DNA of 64,000 bases, from NCBI GenBank assembly GCA_002269645.1, contig NIVC01001566.1, positions 1 through 64,000 on the forward strand. Reading direction: 5' to 3'. The DNA comes from Macrostomum lignano (Eukaryota). The notes beneath the pieces are model-generated. The model worked only from the letters and a program-made list of their open reading frames with translations, had not been told where the DNA came from and did no database searches. Shown here piece by piece: positions 25,548 to 37,300 of this stretch (its first letter is position 1; every line of letters begins with the position of its first letter). Both the position numbers and the translations under genes were made by a program.

Positions 25548-28500
25548 ATGAGTCATCACCGCAAGGCCTCAAGCACTCCAGTTAGAACTGGCCAACAGCG
25601 TGCAGCGGGCTCTGGGCCAGGCTATGCTTCTGAGTCAACAGGTTACTACTATGTAAATTTGACAGTGAGTAGTAGATCCCAGTATTTTTTGTCTCTGTTA
25701 ATGCTTTCTGTGGGCTAATTTATTGTTAGGCTGAGCTGATAGCAACAAAAATTTCCCTCCTTGTTTGCTAGGCCTTGGAGGAACAGAAGCAAAAACAACA
25801 ACAGCAGCAGCAGCAATCATCAAGCAGCAAGCCAGCAGCCGGAAAAACAACTGGCCAACTGAAGGGCTGCAGTCAGCTTCTGGCTGATATAATGACAAGT
25901 AGTTGTGAGTTATTATTTATCCTATTTTTTGCATGTTTGCAGTATTTATTAGTAATGCTACTTACAGTAGGTTAATTTATTTGGCAATAAATTGTATTAT
26001 TATATAAATCAAAATTCTGATCTAGTGTTTCTCTATAACTACATTATTGAAGTTCTTCGACTGTCTCTTCTTGACCTTGTTAATGGTAAAAAATTCGGTT
26101 TGATAGGCTTTTTAAGTACTTATTTCCCTAACTATAGCATGAGTAGTATGTATTCTAACAGTAGTTGATTTTCTAATGCAAAATTTTTGCGAAGCAACAC
26201 ATATTATGTAAATAATATTAGTTTTTAATAAGATACTTATTGATGACCATTATGTACATTTACATCTATAAAATAGTATAAAAAGTCAAGGTAGATTTAA
26301 AATAAATGCTAAATTGATGCTTAAATCTATTGGAACTGCTTTTTGCTACTCTCAATATTCCAACCCACAGCTGAGGATGAAGATATTGACAAGCTGGACC
26401 AGAGCACCCTGTCTGCCAGATCTGCTGCCGAAGCTTCCAGTGAGTTTGCCTGCTTGTTTTCTTTATCACCCATCTGAATTATGATTTTGCTAATATTAGC
26501 TTTAGCTTAAAAAAATTAGTGACTGCACTGTTGTTGGGCTCCTGTCCCCTTCTGTCGGGCCTCTGTCTCCTTCTGTTACGTCTTTGTCCCCTTTTGTTAG
26601 GCCTCTGCCTCTTCTGTCTGGCCTCTGCCCTCCCTCTGTCTCCTGTTAGGTCTTTGTTCCCTTCTGTTAGGTCTCTGTCCCCTTCTGTTAGTTCTCTGTC
26701 TCCTTCTGTTAGGTCTTTGTCCCCTTTTGTTAGGCCTCTGCCTCTTCTGTCTGGCCTCTGCCCTCCCTCTGTCTCCTGTTAGGTCTTTGTTCCCTTCTGT
26801 TAGGTCTCTGTCCCCTTCTGTTAGTTCTCTGTCTCCTTCTGTTAGGTCTTTGTCCCTTTTTGTTAGGCCTCTGCCTCTTCTGTCTGGCCTCTGCCCTCCC
26901 TCTGTCTCCTGTTACGGTCTTTGTCCCCTTATGTTAGGTCTTTGTTCCCTTCTGTTAGGTCTTTGTTCCCTTCTGTTAGGTCTTTGTTCCCTTCTGTTAG
27001 GTCTTTGTCCCCTTCTGTTAGGTCTTTGTTCCCTTCTGTTAGGTCTTTGTCCCCTTCTGTTAGGTCTTTGTTCCCTTCTGTTAGGTCTTTGTTCCCTTCT
27101 GTTAGGTCTTTGTTCCCTTCTGTTAGGTCTTTGTTCCCTTCTGTTAGGTCTTTGTTCCCTTCTGTTAGGGTCTTTGTCCCCTTCTGTCTGGTCTCTGCCC
27201 CCTTTTGTCGGGCCTCTGCCCCCCTTCTGTCGCATGTGTTGTATCGTTGCTCTTTTCATTATCAGCAAAGTAACTAAAATTATGTTTTACCAATGAATAA
27301 CATATAGAATTTTAGCGGTGCATTATTAAACTAACAAGCAAAATTAAGTTTCATAATCCCATTTAATAGCTTACAGCCTGCCAAGCTACAAGCAAATGAG
27401 TATGACTTTTGTTCTTCTTTGCTCCGTTCTGTTTTAACCGAAAAAAATATTTAAGCAGTTTAATGTTTAATTCCTTTGTGTTTTGGTCGATGAATTTCAG
27501 TTGATTCGTGATTTTTGAGTATTCAAAGTCGGTACAGGCAAGATTAGCATTGAAAGTTTCAGTTTGCTAGGCCCCATATGAAAAGAAAGAGCTTGTATTT
27601 GTATTTTTACTCAGGTCATTTGCTTTAACCAACTGATATATTTCATTGCAGATTCTGCAGCCCAGCCTCAGCCGGGTCAACAGCCAAGACAGCAGTCTCA
27701 GCCGCCTCCTAAACAGCATCGCGAGTTTGCTCAGACTGTTTACTCAAAACCGGTAGCGTCCCTAGCAACTGTTGCCAACCAAAAGCAGTATGATTACAGT
27801 TATGAATTCGGCAATTCTCCGCTGTTTGAATCGACGAAACCAAAATGGACGGCTGCTAATCAAAAGCAACAGCAAGAGCGGCATAGTCAAAATCATCGTT
27901 TGGAATCCACGGCGCCCTTAGCAACCGTTGCCACCCAGCAGCAGCGGCAGTCTGGTCAGACTCTTCGCCCGGAGCCTACGGTACCCAAGCAGCAGCAGCA
28001 CTCTCAGTTTGCTCAGACTCTCCGCCCAGGTTTAAAAAAGCCCATAGCAACGGTTGCTAACGATGAGCAACATCAATTTGCTCAGACTCTTCGCCCCGAA
28101 TCGAAAAAGCCCATAGCAACGGTTGCTAACGATGAGCAACATCAATTTGCTCAGACTCTTCGCCCCGAATCGAAAAAGCCCATAGCAACGGTTGCTAACG
28201 TTGAGCAAAATCAATTTGCTCAGACTCTTCGCCCCGAACCGAAAAACGCCATAGCAACGGTTGCTAATGGGCAGCAACAGCAAACGGAACCTCTAGCAGC
28301 CAGTTTGCCAATCATTCCCACTGGCTCGGAGTGCCCGGTTCGCGACACCGACCGCGAGCACCAGCATCGGCACCAGCATCAGCGTCGGTCAGTTTGTCGC
28401 CATGGCAACCCGGTAAAGTCTCGCCATCGTCAGTCTCAGCCTCAGCCGGCTGTCAAGGTCATCAGCGATGCCGCAGGAGATGGTCAGGCCAAATGCACCG

Positions 28501-29130
28501 TGGGCGGCTGCCAGTCATCGCAGGAACTGCTCGCCCGCCTGGAATCCACCGAGTCGGCGCTGGAGCGCAGCCGAGCCGAGGCCGAGGCTCGCCTAGCCGA
28601 GCTGTGCGCCCGCGAGAACGAGCTGATGCGCCTGCGGCACGACGCTCTGCGTCGGGAGGCTCGACTTCGCGCCGAAGCCGATAGGGAACGGGAGGCGCGC
28701 GCTTGCGCCGAGGCGCGAGCCGACGCTCTTGAGAAAGAGACCCGTCGGCTGGCTAGCGCGCTTAGCGAGCGCGACCTGCAGTTGCGCGCCTGTCAAGAGA
28801 AGATGCGGTGAGTAGCTTTTGTATTGGATATTAGCGATGAAAAACCGTTTAACCGGAGCTTAATTCCAGTAATATAATAGACGGACAGACAGACACTACG
28901 AGAGACAGGCAGACGGACGCTAAGACAGACGGACAAACAGATAGACAGACGCTAAGACAGACACTAAAACAGACGCTAAGACAGACAGACAGATAGACAG
29001 ACACTAAGACACTATGACAGACGCTAAGACAGACAGACAGATAGACAGACACTAAGACAGACAGACAGACAGACAGACACACAGACAGACAGATAGACAG
29101 ACACTAAGACAGACAGATAGACAGACACTA

Positions 29131-29167
<37 letters not shown>

Positions 29168-29821
29168 CACAGACAGACAGATAGACAGACACTAAGACAG
29201 ACAGACAGACAGAACTAATCGAAAGCATGCTACAGAATTTATTTTCATTAGCTTCTTATCACTAGTGTGAAACGCCCATGGCGATCTAAAATCGATATTC
29301 AATCATCATTCAAATCCAGGCGCATCAACCGCAGTCTGGGCTACATAGCCAAGGCGTCCAGCGAGTTTGGCGTCGAATCTCCCAGCGCCGCTGCTGCCGC
29401 CGCCGTAGCGGCCGCCTCCAAGATTGCCGCTAGCGACGCCGGCTTCACCGACAAAGACGACGACGCCACGGAAGTCGACGATGCCACCACCGACTGTGAC
29501 GTTTCAATGAGTACCGGCTGCTCTTGCGCTGCTGAGGTCCCCCATCCAAGCCAGCCAAAGACCTACACGGTTTTGCCGTCGCCATTAGCAGCCGGGCAGC
29601 GTCATCAGCAACAGCGGCCGATTGAATCCTTGCAGCCTTCACCTCCGACACTTGACGTCTGCAAGCCGCCGCCGCAGGCTGATAAATCTGCTGCAGCAAT
29701 TGGCGCAGGCAAAACCGATGCCGAGGACGCTGACGATCGGGACTTCCGCCTCGGCCTCGCCCGCATTGACGATCAAATTCGACGACTGCAGGCATCTTTA
29801 AAGTCGCCGAGTTACGCTTAG
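25548..29821 (+). CDS. CCDC14: CCDC14-like coiled-coil protein; exons 25548-25664, 25772-25904, 26371-26439, 27652-28807, 29266 (or 29320)-29821; ~676 aa
   Basis: All junctions are GT-AG with compatible phases. Central coiled coil ([23 protein letters not shown]...). The N-terminal [16 protein letters not shown] and C-terminal [23 protein letters not shown] resemble the conserved CCDC14 motifs as I recall them ([33 protein letters not shown]). The family call is from memory, not a search. Confidence 0.6.
26530..27230. repeat. 21 bp minisatellite CCCTTCTGTTAGGTCTTTGTT with a 133 bp higher-order repeat, CCDC14-like intron 3
   Basis: AGGCCTCTG recurs at 26599, 26732 and 26865 (period 133). Confidence 0.93.
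28000..28270 (+). repeat. Coding 69 bp (23 aa) tandem repeat [23 protein letters not shown], ~4 copies plus degenerate copies
   Basis: CATCAATTTG at 28071 and 28140; in frame within exon 4. Confidence 0.92.
28878..29212. repeat. GACA-based compound microsatellite, CCDC14-like intron 4
   Basis: Direct observation. Confidence 0.95.
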
Positions 29822-31367
29822 TTAAGTTAGCTTAGTGAACGGGTAATTTACGCTGACTTGATCATTTTTGCATTTGTTTTTTAATTTGACACTGTAATTA
29901 CTGCTTAAAGTAGGCTGCTATGAGGCGTGCGCTTTCTGTTTTGTTAACAACAGAGCTGTATTTTTTCTGTTTTTTTGCGTACTATTTCCGTAATATAAAT
30001 GCACAAATATATGTATGATCTAAAGCATACATTCGAAATTTAGGTTTCAAACTTGTGTCCGTAAGTGTAGGTCTAAGATGTTTAGTTAAGAGCTTTTACT
30101 ACCTTAAAAACTTTATTTTCTCAACTCTTCATTTCCACTTTTTATAGTTTGATTAACTTATTTGTGCGCTTTCTAAAGCATTATATAATATATTTATGCT
30201 TTAATTTCGGCTTTTGTATTTACGGTGTCTACTCGTACCAGTGTATTTTTCATTGCTTTTCTAATCATTTTTTGTATTCATTTTATCTGTATTTTTATTT
30301 TTATAAAAAGTACTCGTATAACATGCGTACTTTATAGACTTGTCGCATTTACAGTGTGGCATTCTTCTATAGTACTAAATTTGATCTACTAAGGCCAACG
30401 GAAAAATCAATTTACTTTTCTCAATACACGCTAGCGTTTTTAAGTTGACTTTTTACCGCAAAGGTAGCGGTATTCGATATTATTAAAACTATGCTCCAAT
30501 CAACAAGTGTTTATGTCAATTTTTATGCTCTTAAACCGTACATTATTTGATTTTTTATCATTGGCATTTCCTTTTGGTATAAAAACGCAGATGAGAATCA
30601 ATCATAGCTCTGGCTAGAAAAGACATTTATATTATTCGATGGGCAGGTATCAGTCTTAATCAGTCTAATAGTGACATCGACATGATGTAGAACTTTTTAA
30701 TGCATGTAGATAACGGTTTTGTGAAAAAGATACGGGCTTAGTGCCTAACCATCCACGCATACTATTTTAAAGATACTTATAGCAGTGGCTGAGGTCTAAG
30801 GTGCACTCAGAAACTAGTATAAATTTTCCTATCAAGCAGCAAGAATAAAGTTAAAAACTGGTCAAGTGTAAACGGGCTGCCCTGGTACTAAGAATTAACA
30901 TCTATTTACATGCCGTTCCTTTCAAACGTGACGTTCCATTAATGGCCGTTGAATTTTGTGTAATGTACGAAGCTAAAGAAATTTATTTTGAGTATAAAAT
31001 TGAGCGCAAGTCTTTTTAACGTAAGTTTAATTTATTTTTACTTTTTTTGTCATAATGTGTTATAAAAACGCTACTTTGAAACTTAAATTTAATCTGCCGT
31101 CGTCTCGTCACAGGCCGAGGGAACGCTGGACAGACAGATGCTTTGTATGTAACATTTGACATTCTTTTGATCTCAACGCTCTATTATCAAAACAATTTAA
31201 GGAGCGAAACTATTCCTCTAAACTCTAGTTTCTAGGCATAAATAAATTTTACTAGTGCTTTTCTATACAAATTGTACGGCCTAGATTTATCATTTTCTAT
31301 AGAAAATATATATCACTATCAGTCTCGTTTTATTTTATCTTAAGAATCGATCAACGCCCCAAGCATA

Positions 31368-34300
31368 ATGGCGTTTAGTTCTGGAGTTGGGTTGAAGCGA
31401 CGATCTTCAATGTTTCGTCTAGCATCGGAAAATGATACAGATTTTGAGCTTTTTTACTTGGAAGGAAATGATGCCCTCCAAAACTACCAGAAAAGATGGG
31501 TTTTTGAAGTTGCATGGGAAGTTGTAAACAAAGGTAATTACAAGTAACAAACTAACTTTTGCATTCATTACATTGCTATGCCTGGAATGATACTAATAGA
31601 TCATTAAAAAAGCTGGCTAGCTTTAAGTAGAAAATTAATTAAAAATAATATATTGTTTTAATGACTGCCACTTGTAAATTTTAATTTTGGTAATGGCTAA
31701 AGTTCCAGCACCAGAACCTGTTTTCTAATGGCTATGGATCTGGCAGTCTTCTGCAGGCAGTTATCTGACAAAGTTTTTGAATCTCACCATTTCATTTTGA
31801 TCTTAATCTATTATCTTGAACAAAATCCCAATATCAACCTCCTGTTAAAAAGTAAATCTGCTATATTATACCCATAAACTGCACTACTGGAATACCACTG
31901 TTGGATCCATAGCCATTAGAAAATGGGTTCTGGTGCTGGAACTCTAGCCATTGCTTTTAATTTTATATTTTAGGCTAGACCATTTTAATAAATGGCTGAA
32001 ATAATTGTTGTAATTTGCTAAAAAATTATTTTATGAATTTATTATTTTATAGGTTATACTTATATATTTATTATTTATATCAAAGATAAAATTAATTTTG
32101 TTTGAAACTAATAATAATTTAAAATGAGTTTTAAATGAAATAAAAAGATAATTTTTTTATAAATTATATCAAATGCAAAATTAAATATTCTAACTATATC
32201 TAATATACTAAATCTCTAAGGTTTGTATATTTGAATGAATGTCCATAATGCTCTAGAGAGAGCAATTCTTCCATATACTAAAAATGGTGTATCTGTGTCT
32301 ATCTATGTGATCAATTAACAAGTATAACTTTGGCCGTCAATTTTTTTGTTAACTTTTCTGTTAACTTTTCCATTAACTTTTCTGTCAACTTTTCCCTCAA
32401 GTATTCCATCAAATTTTCTATCAAGTATTCCATCAAATTTCTCATCAACAATTTATTGTTCTGAAAAAACATATGTGACTTTCTCAAATAGGATCATCAT
32501 GCAAGTAGCTCTTTGATCATTTATTGTGTTTGCATGCTTATATATATCGATGAAAAAACAAGCCTGCATTAATAACAACATGCATCTTTTCCATTTTCCC
32601 TAGTACCAGCGCTTTATTTCATAAAGATAAATCAATGAACAAGTGCAAATCTTGTAGTGCAGGTAGTGCAGCAATACCAATTAAATTCTGGAACATGTCG
32701 CGCTGGAAATTTTTGTGTGTTTTTTATTTATAATTTATACATGTATATGTGAATACTCAACAAATTTAAAGCATGTATAAAAAATTGCTAAGGAAACTGC
32801 ACTTATGCAAAAAATTAACACTTTCCATTCAGAGTACACAAAAAATTTGATAGAATATATTGTGTGGACTTGCATAAATGTTGATGAAATAGTTAACAGA
32901 AAAGTGATAAGATTTTTGGCGGAAAAGTTAACAGAATACCATAGTGTGGATCATGCTAAGTGCACGCGAGAAACGACCCAAAGCTAATTCCCAAAAGCAC
33001 GCCGATGACAAGCGAATGCACGCCGATGCATGCCGATAAATTAAAATTCAAATTGAAGACAAAAAACGTATTTTAAATTGCATTGTGTAAAACAAAGCAA
33101 CAAGCAATGTACAAAAGAAATGATATATCTTTAAAAACGTGTATTTCTCATACATTAATTTATTTAACAGTCGTATACACTGTTTATTTACAATAGTTTT
33201 TTTTTCAAAAGTTAAATACAATAATATGTATTTTATGTCTGCTTACCATTGCATTGGCAGCTTTGCCACATCAGGTGCCAGGCACGTGGCACGCAGCGCA
33301 TTCCAGGCACGCCAGTGTATTTATGTAGTATGCATTATGCATGCCAAATGCATGCCACTTACCTAATCGCATGCTTGTGCACGCCACTTTTGAAAATGCA
33401 CGCGGGAAAATTCTCGCGTGCACTACATGATCTACACTATGGACAGAATAGTAAATGGAAATGTGAACAGAAGAGTTAATGGAAAAATTTATTGGAATAC
33501 TTGACAGAATAGTTAACAGAAAAGTTAACGGAATACTTAACAGAAAAGGTAACAGAAAAGTTGATGGAATAGTTGACAGATAAAGTTATTTATCCTACTA
33601 ACACAAAAAGTTGACAGAATAGTTGATGGCCAAAGTTATACTCGTGATCAATTAGAGAAAGAATGCCTCAACTGATTTTCTTCAAACTTGCACTGTTCAA
33701 TCAGAAATTTTTCTTTGACAGTATATGCATTTTCACTAAAAAATTGCTCAATGCTAAAGGGATTAAATATTCAAAAAAACATTTTTTTGCAAAGGTCAAG
33801 CAGCTTTTCAACTTGGAATACATTGTAAGAATGCTAGAAAAAAATGACTAGTTGAATTCTGATTCTGAAATAGATTGTATCACGATAGGCTTTTTATTTA
33901 TCATTTGTGTACTGGCTAAATTTAATAGCCTACTGAATTGAATTACATCATAGTATTGAAAATGCAATATGGAAGCATAGCATAATACATGATTTATATT
34001 GCATAATCATATTGCTAACTTTAATAGAGATTGGTACTGACCAGGGTTTTTTTCTGCCAAAATGTGGATGCAAGCTTGCATCTCAAGTTTTTTAAATAGA
34101 TACAAATATGAAAACCAGGATGCAACTTGCATCTAGGTCTAAATTTAGGGAAAGTATTCAATGAAGATTCAAAAAAGTATTGAAACAATATATTTATACA
34201 TGATGTTTTGTTTGTAACTTTTGCTAAAAATGACTTGCATGCATCTTGATCTCAAAAAAATGCAGATGCACAAGTTGCATCTAGTGCCAAAAAGTGGGTG

Positions 34301-37300
34301 CAAATCCAAATTTCAGGGTATAAACTAGCAATCTAGTGCGGCCCCCTTTCGGGGTGCCCAATAAGAAAGTAGCAAATAAAGTTCATGGAAAACAATTAAA
34401 AAAGCACATTTTCTCAAGAACCAATTCCTTTTTCACTTTTAAAATCACCTTATTTGTATAAAATTGTCATATAATATGAACACACTGGACTACTAATACA
34501 GCAACCTAGGTTTGAATCTTAGTAGTGTAAATGAAAGTAGCATAATTTTTTTAATTGAAAGTTTTTATTAAAGGACTAATTAAAAAGACCTAGATTATGG
34601 CCCTTGATAAACCAAGTATTATTGCACTTGATAAACCAAGGATTATTGCACTTGACAAACTAAGGATTATTGCACTAGCTTAGAAATGGACTAATGCACT
34701 AGCTGAGACATCGATTTTGCACTTTATGAGTAGGGATATTTGCACAAACTGAGAAGTGGATTTTTGCGCTAGAATAAAAAGAGATTATTGCGCTAGCTGA
34801 GACATGGATTAATGCACAACTTGAGAAAGCAATTATTGCATTAGCGGAGGAAATACTTGCACTAGCTACTTGCTGTCTAGTAGATGCTTGCTATTGTATC
34901 TAGGGGAGGGGTGCTTACTATTGTATTTGGGGGGTGCTTACTATTGGGGGATGCTTGCTCTCAATGGGGAGGGGGTACTTGCTATTTGGGAGAGGAGGGT
35001 ACTGGCTATATGTATCTACATGTATGGGATTCTTTCTATCCAAGGATTCTTGCTATCTGGGTGGATGCTTACTATCTGGGTGGATGCTGCTTGCTATCTA
35101 GCATCTAGGGGATGCTTGCTATCTAGGTGGATGCTTGCTATCTGGGTGGATGCTTGCTATCTGGGTAGATGCTTACTATCTAGGGGGATGCTTGCTTGCT
35201 GTCTTGGGGATGTTTTCTATTTAGGGGGTGTCTGTTATTTTTGTGAGAAATATATTTTGTTCTTACTGTTAATTTTTAAAAAAAGATTCGTAGCAAACAT
35301 CTTTGTCCATGACAATTTTACTCAAATAAGTTGATTTATAAAACTGAAAAAGGAATTGTTTTTAAAGAAAATGTGCTTTTTTAATTGCTTTCCATGAATA
35401 TTTTTTCCTCCTTGCTTATTGCATGCCTTGAAGGGGGGCACTAGATTGCTAGTATCTAACTATTATTAGACTTGTAAATAATAAAATCAATAAACACTAC
35501 AATTAGAAGCCCACTATGCAAAGCAAGGTTCATAAAACTCTTTAGCTTTGTTATAAATCTATTTCTACATATAAAAATCAAAACTCTGTCTGTCTGTGTG
35601 TGTGTGTGTGGAAAATTTTGATCGCTTTGGACTCCCAAACCACACAACCAAATGACACCAAACTTTACACCCACCTTTAACTTACTACAGAGAATGTCTT
35701 AGGCTACCTTTAAATTTCCTAGACTCAAGTCTTCCTACCTAAAAGTACAAAAAACTGCTCAAAATGCGCGATTTTTTCATTAAATCCTCCATAGCGCCGC
35801 TCCACTTCTACCAATTCTCTTCAAATTTGACATAGACAATCTTAAACTATTTTGGCACAATCATGTAAAATTTCGAGTCTCAAAAGTTAATCCTGAATGG
35901 TACTGTGCACTTTTAAAGTTAGACTGTTTTTTCAGCGTAGCAACCACCCCAACCTCCGCCCGCCTGCCTCTCTTTCCTGATCCCGATCTGGGCCCAGATG
36001 TGTAAAAGATGTGACTAACTTTCAGCTGCCATAAGTTTGCTCCACGTAAAGTGATTGACTTTAAACTTGACACAATTCTTCATTGACTCATTCTCTGTCT
36101 AAATGTAAAGTTACAACTCTGTAACTCATTCAGAAAAGAAACTGTAAGCGTGTGGAGTTTGGCTGCTTTTTCTGTTGTTTGTGCCGCTCACTCACTCATT
36201 CCCCCAGAGCCAGACCAAGGGTCAGGCGATAGGACTGAATGTACATAGCAAATGTACAGTGTTTTGGAATAACTTTATTTATAGCCTTCTCTTCTACTTT
36301 AGCCATAACAGTGTAGTGAGAAATTCTAACCACTGTCCTCTGTATAGGCAAACTCTGCACTCTGCAGCAGTTTAACGGTGGATGGCAATTGGCAAATCAA
36401 GACATCCAGCATGGTTTGTCAAAGCGAAAGATTTATGTAAAGGCAATGCAATGCAATATAAGTCACACCATGGAAATTTTAACGTTAAGTTTTACCTAAA
36501 GGTACTCTAAAACTTAAATGGCCTCCTAAGAGACGCGTATTTCCTTGGTTGTTAGACTGATGCAAACTGCAGTGGAGCTGAAAATATTAGATATGCAACT
36601 TCCTCTAAGGTCTGCAACTGCAAATCGGCCAGAAAGATGACGCGATCAAAGCATGAGAACAATCATGAGAGTACTATGTTCCACAAACTGGCTTTCGAAG
36701 CAGGGATCGGCAGACTTACCTCAAAAACGCCAGATAAAGAATCCAGCTCATGTGTGGGCCAGATGAGAGTGGTAAGGAGAAGGAATGGACGATTAGAAAA
36801 AAGGAGCGGCGAGAGGGATAAGAGAAAAGATAGAAGGTAAAAAGAGAAATGAAGGGTGAGGGGTGAGGACGAGGAGAGTGAGGTGGGAGAAGAGGGGAGA
36901 GATGAAGGGACCAAGGGTAGAGAGGGAGAGAGGAGCGAGAGAGAAAAGAGGGGCGAGAGGAGAGAGTAGAGGTGAGAAGAGGGAGAGAGGAAAGAAGAGA
37001 AAGGAGAGACAAGGGAGTAAAGGGAAGAGAGAAGAGATAAGGTTGTAGAGATGAGAGAGACAAAAGGAGAAATGAGAGATGAAGGAGAAAAGAGAGGATA
37101 GTAGAGAGAGAAGGGAGTATAGAAGAGGGAAGAGAAGAGAGGAGAAAGGGAAAGAGAGGAGTAGAGAGGGAAGAGGAAAGAGGAGAGAGGAGAGAAAAGA
37201 GTGAGGAAAGAGGAGAGGAAAGAACAGGGAAGAGATGAGATGAGAGAGGCGAGAAAAGAGAGAAATGTGAAGAGATAAGAAAGCAGAGATAAATGAAGAG

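Noticed and set aside
35555-35700. Helitron/HINE-like 5' end with a (GTCT)/(GT) microsatellite
   Set aside because: Resemblance only; no 3' hairpin-CTRR end or second copy identified.
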